A stretch of DNA of 64,000 nt from Pseudomonadota bacterium (GCA_021325135.1 JAJPHT010000015.1:128001-192000), one strand, 5' to 3'; shown: positions 46,676-57,705, numbered from the stretch's first letter. The notes: a model not told the origin generated them from the letters alone. Translations and numbers: made by a program.

Positions 46676-47794
46676 ATGGACTGGCGCGCCGAGTTCCCCG
46701 GCCTCGCGCGGACGACGTACCTCAACTCGTGCGCGCACGGCCTCCTCTCGCGCCGCGTCCGCCGCGCCGTGGACGCGCACCTCGACCGCTGGCAGGACGA
46801 CCCCGACTGGGGCGCGTGGGGCGACGCCGTGGAGGCCGCCCGCGCGCAGTTCGCGCGCCTCATCCACGCGAGCCCCAAGGACGTGGCCGTCGTGGCCAAC
46901 GCGAGCCAGGGCATCGCCGCCGTCATGGGCGCCCTCGTCCCCCGGCCGGGGCGCGACGTCCTCGTCACCTGGGAGAACGACTTCCCCACCTCGCAGGCCC
47001 TCGCCGAGCGGCAGCGCGCCCGCGGCTTCCGCCACCGGAGGATCGCGGGCGAAGGGCTCGTCCTCCGCGCGGACTCGTGGGCGCGCCGCCTGGGCGACGA
47101 CGCCGCGCTGGCCATCGTCCCCGCGGTGGCGAGCTTCAGCGGCTACCGCCTCGATCTCAAAGCGTTCGTCGCCGCGGCGCACGCGCGCGGGACGCCGGTG
47201 CTCGTCGACGCGTTCCAGGCCGCGGGGACCTATGACATCAACGTGCAGGCGCTGGACGTGGACTTCCTCGTCTCGGGCGTCTACAAGTGGCTCCTGGCCC
47301 CCGCGGGCCTCGCGTTCCTCTACGTCCACCCGGACCACGCGGCCCGCATGCAGCCCGTCGCGTCGGGCTGGCTCGCGCTGGAGGAGCCCTACGCCTTCGA
47401 TCCGCTGGGGCCCCTCGCCGCGGACGCGCGCCGTTTCCAAAGCGGCGGCGCGTCCGTCGTGGGCTGCGTCGCGGCGGCCGAGAGCCTCGCCCTCGTCCAG
47501 GAGGTCGGCGTCGGCGCCATCGAGCGGCGCAACCGCGCGCTCGTCGAGCGCGCGATGGCCCACGCCCGCGAGCGCAAGTGGGAGGTGCTCACCCCCGAGG
47601 CGCCCGAGGAGCGCGCCAGCATCGTCACGTTCCGCGTGCCCGACCCCGCGGCCGCCATGGCGACGCTCGCGCGCGAGCGCGTCGTCGTGAACCCGCGGCT
47701 GGGCGGCCTGCGCGTGAGCCCCCACTTCTACAACGACGAGGGGGACGTGGACAGGCTGTTCGAGGCGCTGGGCGAGGGCGCCTCGCCTCAGTAG
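46676..47794 (+). CDS. Aminotransferase class V PLP enzyme (kynureninase/desulfurase-like)
   Basis: YLNSCA, VDAFQAAG, YKWLLAPAG and RVSPHFYN. Confidence 0.9.
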   Translation: MDWRAEFPGLARTTYLNSCAHGLLSRRVRRAVDAHLDRWQDDPDWGAWGDAVEAARAQFARLIHASPKDVAVVANASQGIAAVMGALVPRPGRDVLVTWENDFPTSQALAERQRARGFRHRRIAGEGLVLRADSWARRLGDDAALAIVPAVASFSGYRLDLKAFVAAAHARGTPVLVDAFQAAGTYDINVQALDVDFLVSGVYKWLLAPAGLAFLYVHPDHAARMQPVASGWLALEEPYAFDPLGPLAADARRFQSGGASVVGCVAAAESLALVQEVGVGAIERRNRALVERAMAHARERKWEVLTPEAPEERASIVTFRVPDPAAAMATLARERVVVNPRLGGLRVSPHFYNDEGDVDRLFEALGEGASPQ

Positions 47795-49437
47795 CTGGAG
47801 AGCAGGTTCCCTGCGTTCACGCTGCCCAGCCCGGTCACGAGGTCGTACCCGGTCCCGGCGGCGTACCCGTTGCTGCCGCTCGTGATGTCGTGGTACACGC
47901 TCGTGCCGCAGAGCGCGTAGAGGCGGGGCCCCGGGAGGCCGAGACCGAGGCCGCCCTTCTTCTGGTTCAGCTCGGCGAAGTAGCCCGCCCACTGGGGCGC
48001 GGCGTCGCTGGTGCCGCCCACGACGTACCACGAGCCGCCGTTGCGGACGTAGTTGCCGGGGCTGGTGTCGGACTCCAGCGCCACGTCGGGCACGTCGCGC
48101 TGGCCGTCGGCGGGCACGCTGCAGCCGGTCTGCCACGAGGGCTTCGCGAAGGTGGCGCTGCGGCCGCCGCCCGAGCCGCTCCAGGCGGACTCGCTGCCGT
48201 AGCCGCCGCACGCAGGCGAGCCCGAGGTCATGCCGCTGCTGCACGACGCGTGCGTGCCGCCGACGCCCATGGCGTGGGGGGAGTTGGCGGGCGTGTCGAC
48301 GGTGACGGTGGAGTCGCCGCAGGCGTGGGAGCCGCTGTCGCCGCTGGCAATGAACCAGCTTTGGCCCTCGGCCGCGCCCGCGGCCATGAGGTTGTCCGCG
48401 GTGGTCTGGAACGCGGAGGACGTGCCCGACTCGCACGAGCCCCAGCTGCTGCTCACGGAGTGCCCGGGGTTGTCGACGACGATGCGGTTGTACATGACCT
48501 GGAAGTCGGTGAGGAGCGTCGAGGCGGCCATGTAGTTCTTGACGACGGCGGCGGGCGCGGTGCCGTGCGAGTATTGCACGTCGAGGCTCACCTCGATGGA
48601 CTGGCCCGCGTTGAACGCGCAGCCCGAGTTGACGACGCCCGCGGCGCCCGTGCAGACCTGCGCGCTGCCGGCGGGGAGCGCCGGGAGGGAGAACTGCGTG
48701 TCGAACGTCGCGAGGTCCGTGTCCAGCCACGCGTAAGCGCCCGCCAGCACGATGGTCTGGCCAGAGCCGTCGTAGCCCGCCGTGTTCGCGTAGAGCGTCT
48801 TGAGGTCGTTGGGGCTGAAGCTGCAGCAGCCGCCCACGCTGGCGCGGGGCTGCATGCGCGTGAGATCGTCGAGGCCCGTGACGCCCGTGGTGAACGACGC
48901 GACGTCGGCGGGGAAGCGCGGCTCCTCAAGGACCGCGTAGCGGCTGGCGCCGCCCAGCGTCACGAGGTGGATGGGCACCTGGAAGGCGCGCTGCGCGGCG
49001 GCGTGGTCGCCCCGCGCGATCACCAGCAGGTGGTCGGCCGTCGTCTGCACGTCGGAGAAGCCGCTCGCGCGCAGCCAGCCCGCGACGCGCGACTCCTGGT
49101 CCTGCGTGGGCGCGTACTGCGCGTTGAACGCGTCGAGGGTCAGCCACTTCTGGAAGAGGGGCGAGGCGGGGTCGGAGGCCTGCTGGAGGTACGCGTCGAG
49201 GCCCGCCTTGTCGCGAAGCTGGAGGCCGACGACGACCTGCACCGGGAAGGCGTCGGGCGCGACGCCCAGGTCCACGGCCTGCGCGGCGAGGGGCGAGAGC
49301 GAGCGCACGGGCGCCTCCACGGAGGAGAGCGACTGCGCGGCGGGCGCCGCGAAGGGGAGCACGAGCAGGACGAGGACGGCGAGGACGGAGCGGCGCAAGC
49401 GTGGGCCTCCGGCCTCGGAAGACGGGCGCGCCTGCAT
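47788..49437 (-). CDS. Secreted sedolisin (peptidase S53) with propeptide
   Basis: EVSLDVQ, ASGDSG, RDVPDVA, GGTSDAAP and GYDLVTGLGS. Start may be TTG 49398. Confidence 0.93.
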   Translation of the reverse strand: MQARPSSEAGGPRLRRSVLAVLVLLVLPFAAPAAQSLSSVEAPVRSLSPLAAQAVDLGVAPDAFPVQVVVGLQLRDKAGLDAYLQQASDPASPLFQKWLTLDAFNAQYAPTQDQESRVAGWLRASGFSDVQTTADHLLVIARGDHAAAQRAFQVPIHLVTLGGASRYAVLEEPRFPADVASFTTGVTGLDDLTRMQPRASVGGCCSFSPNDLKTLYANTAGYDGSGQTIVLAGAYAWLDTDLATFDTQFSLPALPAGSAQVCTGAAGVVNSGCAFNAGQSIEVSLDVQYSHGTAPAAVVKNYMAASTLLTDFQVMYNRIVVDNPGHSVSSSWGSCESGTSSAFQTTADNLMAAGAAEGQSWFIASGDSGSHACGDSTVTVDTPANSPHAMGVGGTHASCSSGMTSGSPACGGYGSESAWSGSGGGRSATFAKPSWQTGCSVPADGQRDVPDVALESDTSPGNYVRNGGSWYVVGGTSDAAPQWAGYFAELNQKKGGLGLGLPGPRLYALCGTSVYHDITSGSNGYAAGTGYDLVTGLGSVNAGNLLSSY

Positions 49438-49491
49438 AGCTCCGCCGGAGGAGAGTTGTGAATCTCTGGGCGCAACCGGGCGGCTGCGGGC

Positions 49492-51609
49492 CTATCCCAG
49501 CGCCTTCCAGGCGCGCGTCACCCAGCGCGGCGCCCACCAGTTCCAGCGCCCCATGAGGCGCATGGTGGCGGGGACGATGAGCATGCGGACCACGGTCGCG
49601 TCCACCGCGACGGCGATGGCGAGGCCCAGGCCGATGGCCTTGATGAGCGTCACGCGCGCGAGGGCGAAGGCGGCGAAGACGAGCACCATGATGAGCGCGG
49701 CGCTGGTGATGAGCCGGCCCGTCTTGGCGAGCCCCTGCGCCACGGCCTCGGTGTTGGAGCCCGTGCGCTCGTGCTCCTCGTGCATGCGCGAGAGGAGCAG
49801 CACCTCGTAGTCCATGCTGAGGCCGAAGACGATGCAGAACATCAGCACGGGCAGCGCGGGGTCGATGGGCGCGGGCGTGAAGTCCAGCGGCAGGCTGAGG
49901 TTGCCCATCTGGAAGATCCACACCAGCGCGCCGAAGGAGGCCGCGATGGAGAGGAGGTTCATCACGAGGGCCTTCAGCGGCAGGAGGACGCTGCCCGTCT
50001 GGAGGAGGAGCAGGGCGTAGGTGGTGACGACGATGAACGCCACCGCCGCGGGCGCCTCCTGGAGGATGAGGCCGATGGTGTCGACGTCCTGCGCCGTGGC
50101 GCCGGTGACCAGCGCGCGCCCTCCCGCGGGCGGAGGCAGCGCGCGGATTGCGCGCACGAGGTCGCGCGCCGCGTCGCTGGTGGCGGCCGCGTTGGAGCGC
50201 GCCTGGAGGACGACGACGTCGCCGCCCAGGCCCGAGGGCGCGACGCTGACCACTCGCGGGAGCTTCGCGATGGACTGGCCGAACGCGGCGACGGCGGCCT
50301 GCACGTCGGCGGCGCGCGCGTCGTGGCCGGGGAACTGCATGACAATGGTGATGCTGTTCGTCCCCTGGCCGGGGAACTGCTGGCGCAGGAGGTCGGCGCC
50401 CAGGCGTGACTCGGCGTTCTCGGGGAGCGCGGTCACGCCGCCGCCCGCGAGGTGGATCTGGAGGAAGGGCGCGCCCGCCGCGAGGACGAGGAGGAGCGTG
50501 GGCAGGAGGACCAGCACGGGCCGGCGCATGACGCCGCGGGCGAGGCGCTCCCAGAAGCCCACCGAGGAGCGCCGGCGCCACGGGAGCCGCACGGGGAGGC
50601 GGTTCACGCGCGGGCCCAGGAGCGAGAGCAGCGCGGGGAGGAACGTGAGCGCGAAGAGGACCGCCAGCGCGACGACCAGAGCGCCCGCGACGCCCATGGT
50701 CTGGAAGTAGAGGCCGCGGAAGAACGTCAGGCCCAGGAGGCCGATGGCCACCGTGAGGCCCGAGAAGGTCGTCGCGCGCCCCGCGGTCGCGACCGTGACG
50801 GCCAGCGCGTCCTCCGCGCTCCTGCCGTGGGCCAGCTCCTCGCGGAAGCGGCTCACCATGAACAGGGAGTAGTCGATGGCGACGCCCAGGCCGATGAGGG
50901 AGACGATATTGATAGCGTAGACCGAGACGTCGATGACGTGCGCGAGCAGGTCCACCAGCGCCATGCCGCCCAGGACCGCCAGGAGGCCCACGCCCACGGG
51001 GAGGAGCGCGGCGACCGCCGTGCCGAAGACGAGGAGCAGGAGCAGCAGCGAGAAGGGGAGCGAGACGCCCTCGGCGGTCTTGAGGTCGTCGTTGAGGATG
51101 CGGTTGATGTCGGCGTAGATCGCCACGCGATCGGTGGCCTTGACGTCAAGCGTGGAGGAGGAGAGCTTCGCGCGCAGCGAGGGGTAGAAATCGCGCGCGG
51201 TGGTGAGGTCGGCCTTGAGCGTCGCGACGGCGAGCACGCGGTGGCCGTCGCGGGAGACCAGGGAGGGCGCGACGGTGGCGGGCGCATCGTAGGGCGTGAC
51301 GATGCCGGCCACGCGCGCGTCGGCGCGCCACGGGGCGAGGCTCGCGTTCACCGCGGCCTGGAACGCGGGGTCGTCCCAGCGCAGCTTGGCGCTGGAGAGG
51401 ATGACGGCGACGGTGGCGTCCGCGGCGCCGGGGACCTGGCGCTCCAGGAGGCGGTCCGCCTGGCCCGACTCGGTGTTGGCCGGCGTCTGGTACGCGACGA
51501 GCTGCGCGCCCTGCGAGACGACCAGGAGGGCCAGGACGAGGAAGACGCCGGAGGCCGCGAGCACGGGGACGCGGTGGCGGTGCACGAAGCGGCCCCAGCC
51601 GGCGAACAT
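49492..51609 (-). CDS. MMPL (RND) family transporter
   Basis: GLGVAIDYSLFMVSRFREE, FGLSMDYEVLLLSR and DATVVRMLIVPA. Confidence 0.93.
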   Translation of the reverse strand: MFAGWGRFVHRHRVPVLAASGVFLVLALLVVSQGAQLVAYQTPANTESGQADRLLERQVPGAADATVAVILSSAKLRWDDPAFQAAVNASLAPWRADARVAGIVTPYDAPATVAPSLVSRDGHRVLAVATLKADLTTARDFYPSLRAKLSSSTLDVKATDRVAIYADINRILNDDLKTAEGVSLPFSLLLLLLVFGTAVAALLPVGVGLLAVLGGMALVDLLAHVIDVSVYAINIVSLIGLGVAIDYSLFMVSRFREELAHGRSAEDALAVTVATAGRATTFSGLTVAIGLLGLTFFRGLYFQTMGVAGALVVALAVLFALTFLPALLSLLGPRVNRLPVRLPWRRRSSVGFWERLARGVMRRPVLVLLPTLLLVLAAGAPFLQIHLAGGGVTALPENAESRLGADLLRQQFPGQGTNSITIVMQFPGHDARAADVQAAVAAFGQSIAKLPRVVSVAPSGLGGDVVVLQARSNAAATSDAARDLVRAIRALPPPAGGRALVTGATAQDVDTIGLILQEAPAAVAFIVVTTYALLLLQTGSVLLPLKALVMNLLSIAASFGALVWIFQMGNLSLPLDFTPAPIDPALPVLMFCIVFGLSMDYEVLLLSRMHEEHERTGSNTEAVAQGLAKTGRLITSAALIMVLVFAAFALARVTLIKAIGLGLAIAVAVDATVVRMLIVPATMRLMGRWNWWAPRWVTRAWKALG

Positions 51610-51671
51610 CAGCGGGGAGCCGGGCCTCCAGCATAAGGAGGCTTGCTCTTTGTCTTCGGACTCGTGCGGAC

Positions 51672-52286
51672 TCAGCGCCGGCGCGCGCCCGTGACCAGGG
51701 GCCACAGGTCGCCGCGGAAGGCGAAGCCCGCGGGCAGGCCGTCGCGGTCCTCCACGAGCACGAGGGGGTTCGCGCCCAGCTTCGCGGCGATGGCGGAGAG
51801 GTCGTCCCCGGGCCGCACGCGCACCAGGGGGTCCAGCGCCAGCGTGCCCACGGGGGCCAGGAGCGCGTTCTCCACCTCGCCCACCGCCAGCGCGTGCGCG
51901 ACCATGCTGTCCGTGACGACGCCCTCGTAGTCGTCGCCGCGGGCGTTGAGCACGGGGAGCGCGACGTGCTGGTGCGTGGCCATGATCTCGATGGCGCGCT
52001 CCAGCGGGTCCATGGGGCGAAGCTCCCGCAGCGCGACGCGGCCCGCGATGCGCTGGACGAGGAACCCGATGGGGTCCGCCGCCGTCGCGCGCAGGTTGAG
52101 GACGTGGACGTAGCGGCGGATCTTGGCGTAGGCCATCTCGCCTTTCCCCGACTCGAAGCGGGAGAGCTGCCCGGCGTCCACGCCCACCGCCCGGGCCATC
52201 TCCTTCTGGCTCATGACGGCCTGGCGCTGCCGGGCCAGCTCCTCCGGGCTGGGCAGGTCGGCGAGGGAGGTTTCCTTCCGAGGCAC
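51672..52286 (-). CDS. XRE-HTH plus CBS-domain regulator
   Basis: LPSPEELARQRQAVMSQKEMARAVGVDAGQLSRFESG followed by a CBS pair. Confidence 0.8.
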   Translation of the reverse strand: MPRKETSLADLPSPEELARQRQAVMSQKEMARAVGVDAGQLSRFESGKGEMAYAKIRRYVHVLNLRATAADPIGFLVQRIAGRVALRELRPMDPLERAIEIMATHQHVALPVLNARGDDYEGVVTDSMVAHALAVGEVENALLAPVGTLALDPLVRVRPGDDLSAIAAKLGANPLVLVEDRDGLPAGFAFRGDLWPLVTGARRR

Positions 52287-52287
52287 A

Positions 52288-52325
52288 ATTGACTCATGGT
52301 CAATCTTGTTGAAGAAATTGTTGAT
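52288..52325. promoter_or_regulatory. AT-rich divergent promoter with palindrome ATTGAC-N5-GTCAAT
   Basis: Palindrome at 52288-52304 between two divergent regulators. Confidence 0.6.
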
Positions 52326-52349
52326 GCCTGGGAGGGCGTTCGATCCCCC

Positions 52350-52601
52350 ATGACGCTCCCCCCGTCTGCCCTGAGGGTCCTGGAAGTCCTGGAGACCCGC
52401 GGCCCCCTCACGCACAAGCAGCTCGTCGCCGCCACCCCCATCCCCGCGCGCACCGTCCGGTTCGCGCTCACCCGCCTCAAGGAGGCCGGCAAGGTGGAGG
52501 AGCGCCCCAGCTTCCGCGACTCCCGCCAATCGTACTACCGCGTGCCGGCCGCCGCCCCGGCCGCGCCCACCCTCGCGGCAGGAGGCGCCATCGCGGCCTG
52601 A
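52350..52601 (+). CDS. Small winged-HTH (MarR-like) regulator
   Basis: LPPSALRVLEVL...GPLTHKQL...RTVRFALTRL...DSRQSYY, an archaeal-type wHTH. Confidence 0.85.
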   Translation: MTLPPSALRVLEVLETRGPLTHKQLVAATPIPARTVRFALTRLKEAGKVEERPSFRDSRQSYYRVPAAAPAAPTLAAGGAIAA

Positions 52602-52767
52602 TCCGTCTTCGTCTCAAGCCTCTTTTCGCCGACGCGGAGCCTTGTGACCTCCCCGCGCCGGCTTTTGCGCACCCTTCTGCCCCCAGCGAGCGCGCTGGCG
52701 CTTGCCGCCTCCCGTTGCCACGGCCAACGGTGATATCTTCCTCGCGGGCCTCACGGGGTCGACGACC

Positions 52768-53604
<837 letters not shown>

Positions 53605-53671
53605 ACGGGCGGGAAGGGCGCTTTCCGGAAAAGCCGCGCCGTCTTGCGAGCGGGCGCCCTTCTCGCCGAGC

Positions 53672-53932
53672 ATGGCCCAGGCCACATCCCCCAAGCATGC
53701 GAGCAACACCCACGAGCACCGCACGGCCAAGATCATCGAGCTGGTCGGAAGCTCGCGGATCGGCTTCGAGGACGCCATCCGGAACGCCCTGGAGGACGCC
53801 CGCGAGAGCGTCCACGGCATCGGCGGCGCGCACGTGACCAACTACAGCGTCAAGTGCGAGGACGGGCACGTCATCGAGTGGAAGGTCGACCTCAAGATCG
53901 CCTTCGGGATCGACCGGACGAGCCCGCCGTGA
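53672..53932 (+). CDS. Dodecin family protein
   Basis: KIIELVGSS..GFEDAIRNA and EWKVDLKIAF. Confidence 0.88.
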   Translation: MAQATSPKHASNTHEHRTAKIIELVGSSRIGFEDAIRNALEDARESVHGIGGAHVTNYSVKCEDGHVIEWKVDLKIAFGIDRTSPP

Positions 53933-53975
53933 ACAAGGGAGCGTCGTGGGGTTTCCTCATCGTCATCGTCCGGCG

Positions 53976-54117
53976 GCGCCGCTACCCGCGGGGGGTTCGG
54001 GGGGCGCAGCCCCCTGACGTTTCGATCGTCTGCTGGAACGGTTCCTTCACGTCAGGGGGGCGAGCCCCCCTGAAACCCCCCATTTTGGCCGCGCTGCGGC
54101 GCGGCCGGACAACGACC
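53976..54117. repeat. Palindromic REP/MITE-like element, copy 3
   Basis: Arms, spacer (TCGTCTGCTGGAACGG) and outer flank are shared with copy 1. Confidence 0.85.
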
Positions 54118-54168
54118 CCCGCTTTGGGCCGCAGCCCTTTTGCCGCCCCGCCCGGATGGCCCGCCCCG

Positions 54169-55278
54169 ATGAACGTGGAGGACCGCCTGGCCCTCGTCCG
54201 CGAGGTGGGCGAGGAGATCGTCACCGAGGACGAGCTTCGCGCCCTGCTGGAGGCGAAGCCGCACCCCGTGGCCTACGACGGCTTCGAGCCCAGCGGCACG
54301 ATCCACGTCGCGCAGGGCATCCTGCGGGCCATCAACGTCAACAAGATGACGCTGGCCGGCGTCCGGTTCAAGATGTTCGTCGCGGACTGGCACGCGTGGG
54401 CCAACAACAAGATGGGCGGCGACCTGGAGAAGATCCAGGCCACGGGCCGCTACATCGTGGAGATCTGGAAGGCCACCGGCATGGACCTGGACCACGTCCA
54501 GTTCGTGTGGGCCAGCGAGTTCGTGACCGACGAGGCGTACTGGAAGAAGGTCATGAACATCGCGCGGGACTCGTCGCTGGACCGCATCCTGCGCACGACG
54601 CAGATCATGGGCCGCAGCGACAAGGACAAGCTCAGCGCCGCGCAGATCCTGTACCCGTGCATGCAGGCCGCGGACATCTTCCACCTGGGCGCTGACATCA
54701 CCCAGCTTGGCATGGACCAGAGGAAGGTCAACATGCTGGCGCGCGAGGTGGGGCCCAAGCTCGGCTACTACAAGCCCATCGTCGTGAGCCACCACATGAT
54801 GATGGGGCTCCAGGCGCCCCCCTCGGCCGAGATGGACCCCGTGGAGCGCGCCACCGCGATGAAGATGAGCAAGTCCAACCCCGACAGCGCCATCTTCATG
54901 TCCGACTCCGCGGAGCAGGTCACGAAGAAGCTCAACAAGGCCTTCTGCCCCGAGAAGGTCGTCGAGGAGAACCCCGTCCTCGAATACTTCCGCTATCTCA
55001 TCTTCCAGCGCCACTGGGCGAACCACCGCACTGGGCGCCCCGGCGAGAGCCCCGTCACCATCGAGCGCCCCGAGAAGTTCGGCGGCAACGTCACCTACGA
55101 GACGTATGCGGCGCTCGCGGCGGACTACGCCGAGGGCAAGGTCCACCCGGCGGACCTCAAGAAGACCGCCGCGCGCTACCTCAACGAGATCCTCCAGCCC
55201 GTCAGGGACCACTTCGAGAAGGACGAGAAGGCCAAGGCCCTGAAGGCGCAGGTCGAGTCGTTCAAGGTGACGCGATAG
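54169..55278 (+). CDS. tyrS: Tyrosine--tRNA ligase (archaeal type)
   Basis: YDGFEPSG.IHVAQ, YPCMQAADI, GMDQRK and KMSKS. Confidence 0.96.
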   Translation: MNVEDRLALVREVGEEIVTEDELRALLEAKPHPVAYDGFEPSGTIHVAQGILRAINVNKMTLAGVRFKMFVADWHAWANNKMGGDLEKIQATGRYIVEIWKATGMDLDHVQFVWASEFVTDEAYWKKVMNIARDSSLDRILRTTQIMGRSDKDKLSAAQILYPCMQAADIFHLGADITQLGMDQRKVNMLAREVGPKLGYYKPIVVSHHMMMGLQAPPSAEMDPVERATAMKMSKSNPDSAIFMSDSAEQVTKKLNKAFCPEKVVEENPVLEYFRYLIFQRHWANHRTGRPGESPVTIERPEKFGGNVTYETYAALAADYAEGKVHPADLKKTAARYLNEILQPVRDHFEKDEKAKALKAQVESFKVTR

Positions 55279-55380
55279 CTTCGCGTGCGGAGCGCGAGGG
55301 GCGCATTGCGCCGCGGGCAGAACGGTTCCGTGCGAAAGCTCGGTTCTGAGGCCAAGGATTTGCAGCTGCGCGCGAGGGGA

Positions 55381-56004
55381 CTACGGGGTCGCCGATGCCG
55401 GTCGCCATTCGACAGGGCGCGACACCGTCCAAGTCAATTCCGCTGAAGGGGTGGAATCCTCGAATCGTGCCGAAACGACATACACGCCCGGCGGGATCGT
55501 GCGGCTCACCGGGACGCAGGTTGAGCCGGTCGCCGTCGCGTTCGGCGGCGTCGAGGTGCACGCGTAATCCTGGACTGTGCCGTTCCACGTGATGTTGAAC
55601 GTGCGCAGTTCCCCCGGAGGAAGCTGGTCGGCGTCGAACGTGGGACATCCTCCGTGCATGATCGACCAGGCTGAGCTGTTCTCGAAAGCCGCGTCTGGAC
55701 TGCGTTCGGAGACGTACTCGAATCCGCCCAGGCCAACGCGAAGGTCTGGCCCGCCTCCGCATCGCCCACCCGGCGTCAGGTTGAGGGGCTGGCTGCCACA
55801 GTTGAGCAGAGAGATGGAGAAGAGGACCCTGGCGCCGATCTGCCCTTGTGACGTCGATGGGGTGAGCCCAATTTGCGCGCACGACCCAGGAACGCGCGCC
55901 TGGCCCGCGGGATCTCCAGGCTGCGCGGATGGGGCCCGTCCAGTTCCGGAGCAGCCAGCGAGAATGGCTGCGACGATGACGACGATGACCACAAGAATGC
56001 GCAT
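55381..56004 (-). CDS. Lipoprotein, BsuPI (proteinase inhibitor)-like Ig fold
   Basis: Lipobox LAGC; pattern SLLNCGSQPLNLT...LPPGELRTFNITWNG...PPGVYVVSARF. Confidence 0.6.
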   Translation of the reverse strand: MRILVVIVVIVAAILAGCSGTGRAPSAQPGDPAGQARVPGSCAQIGLTPSTSQGQIGARVLFSISLLNCGSQPLNLTPGGRCGGGPDLRVGLGGFEYVSERSPDAAFENSSAWSIMHGGCPTFDADQLPPGELRTFNITWNGTVQDYACTSTPPNATATGSTCVPVSRTIPPGVYVVSARFEDSTPSAELTWTVSRPVEWRPASATP

Positions 56005-56188
56005 GTCTATCCTCGTGATGAGGTGGGGCCATTTTCCTCTTTCGGTGCGAGACGTGAGGCGGAACCGGGCAGCGGTCGCTCGGGTGGAGAATTATTTCGC
56101 GAAGCACCGCGTCGAAACGGTGCGCAAGCAAGATTGTTACTCGGTCACGAAGCGTTTATCCTCGCTCGGGCCAGTCGCTGCGCTTCGG

Positions 56189-57193
56189 ATGAACGTCAAA
56201 ATCGTGGTTCTCTGCGCCATAGCGCTCGCCGGGGCCCCTCTCTTCGCGCTCTCAGCGCCAGCCACAGCGTACCAACTTCCCGCCGTGAGCGATGGGCATA
56301 CGCCCGTGCCCATGCCGGATGGATCGGGACGCTTCGTGGTCCCTCCCCCGGGAACTCCCTTGCCGCTCGTGATGGCGGAGATGGTCCCCGCCAAAACGCA
56401 GCCGCATGGCATGTACGTGCCCGGCTCGAAGCCGGTGGACGCCAACATCCACTTCGTCGATCCCGAATGGGTCACCAACCCACAGGGGAGCGGCGCGCTG
56501 ACCTTGACGTGCCAGAGTTTCCACGCAGGCTGGGACCAGAACGGCGCGACCACCCAGCGCGGCACGAGCATCTTCATCAAGATCGCGGGCCTGCCCTTCA
56601 CGTTCACCTCGGACAATTGCAGCGGTGGCGACGTCTCGGCTTGGGAGGGCACGCCCCTATCTTGCTCGGGGTCCTGCTCCGCCTACATCCAGGCGGGATG
56701 GGAAGTCGATCCCGGCACGAGCACGGTTGCCCACTTCATGTGCGAGTCCCGCGCCGGCGGCGGGATCGACCACAAGATCGACACCACCAATCACGCGAAC
56801 AACGAGCGCGTGAACTTCTGGACCACCTACACGACGCCTTCCGGCAAGCCCACGGGGTGGTACGCCTTCGCGTCCAACGCTCTCCTGACCTGCTCGGGTC
56901 TTGGTGGGGTCACGAGCTCCTCGTATTCCGGGCTGTTCGAAACGGAGGAGAACTACGCGACCGCGTCCACCTCCACGGACGGGCCCTTCAACTACCAGAG
57001 CTTCACCTACGGTTGCGGCAGCCTCGACTGGTGCAGCGTCGCCCAGATCATTGCGAAGTATCAGCCGAGCCAAACCGAGGCGTGCGCAGGGAACACGAAG
57101 GCAGGGACGCCCACCAACACCGTCGGTGGAGACGTCACCATCGGCTCGGGCCAGACTTGCACGGTGGCGGGCACCACGTTCAACATTCCGTAG
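56189..57193 (+). CDS. Secreted Cys-rich protein, possible glutamic peptidase (G1/neprosin-like)
   Basis: Signal peptide, Pro-rich pro-region, motif SAWEG...YIQAGWE, and later GLFETEE. Confidence 0.6.
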   Translation: MNVKIVVLCAIALAGAPLFALSAPATAYQLPAVSDGHTPVPMPDGSGRFVVPPPGTPLPLVMAEMVPAKTQPHGMYVPGSKPVDANIHFVDPEWVTNPQGSGALTLTCQSFHAGWDQNGATTQRGTSIFIKIAGLPFTFTSDNCSGGDVSAWEGTPLSCSGSCSAYIQAGWEVDPGTSTVAHFMCESRAGGGIDHKIDTTNHANNERVNFWTTYTTPSGKPTGWYAFASNALLTCSGLGGVTSSSYSGLFETEENYATASTSTDGPFNYQSFTYGCGSLDWCSVAQIIAKYQPSQTEACAGNTKAGTPTNTVGGDVTIGSGQTCTVAGTTFNIP

Positions 57194-57273
57194 GGCCAGC
57201 GTCAGCCGCGCCTGGTCCTGCCTCCGCCCCCGGTTGCCGAAACGGTTAATCCCGGCTGCGCGAATCGTTCGAC

Positions 57274-57705
57274 GTGCCCTCCTTCCTGCTGGTGGACGAC
57301 AGCCCCACGGTCCTCCTGACGCTGCGGCACGCCATCGTCCAGGCGCGGGGCGACGTGCGCATCCACGAGGCGACGGACGCGAGCCGCGCGCTGAAGCTCT
57401 TCGACGACGCGCGGCCCGACGTCGTGATGATGGACATGGTCATGCCCGAGGACCAGGAGGAGCCCAAGGAGGAGGACGACGAGCCCGAGAGCGCGGGGCT
57501 CAAGCTCGTCCAGGAGATGCTGGCGCGCCGGCCCGGGACGACGATCCTCCTCGTGACGGGGCTTCCGCCCAGCCACCCCGACGTGACGGCGGCGGTGAGC
57601 CTGGGCGTCGCGGGCGTCATGCGCAAGCCGGTGCGGCCCGACGACGTGAAGGCGGCGCTGGCGTCGCTCTTCCCCGACGCGGACTCGCTCTCCTACTTCG
57701 GCTGA
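57274..57705 (+). CDS. Stand-alone response regulator receiver
   Basis: LLVDDS, PDVVMMDMVMP, LVTG and MRKPV. Confidence 0.9.
   Translation: MPSFLLVDDSPTVLLTLRHAIVQARGDVRIHEATDASRALKLFDDARPDVVMMDMVMPEDQEEPKEEDDEPESAGLKLVQEMLARRPGTTILLVTGLPPSHPDVTAAVSLGVAGVMRKPVRPDDVKAALASLFPDADSLSYFG

Larger units (their letters stand above)
55279..57240. other. Lower-GC accessory island 2 (lipoprotein plus secreted protein)
   Basis: Visible drop in GC and atypical codons, inserted after tyrS. Confidence 0.7.

Noticed and set aside
53644-54168. Long N-terminal extension of TyrRS reading through the repeat
   Set aside because: Homology starts at ATG 54169; the open frame is expected by chance in GC-rich DNA. 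The same applies to 18368-18712.
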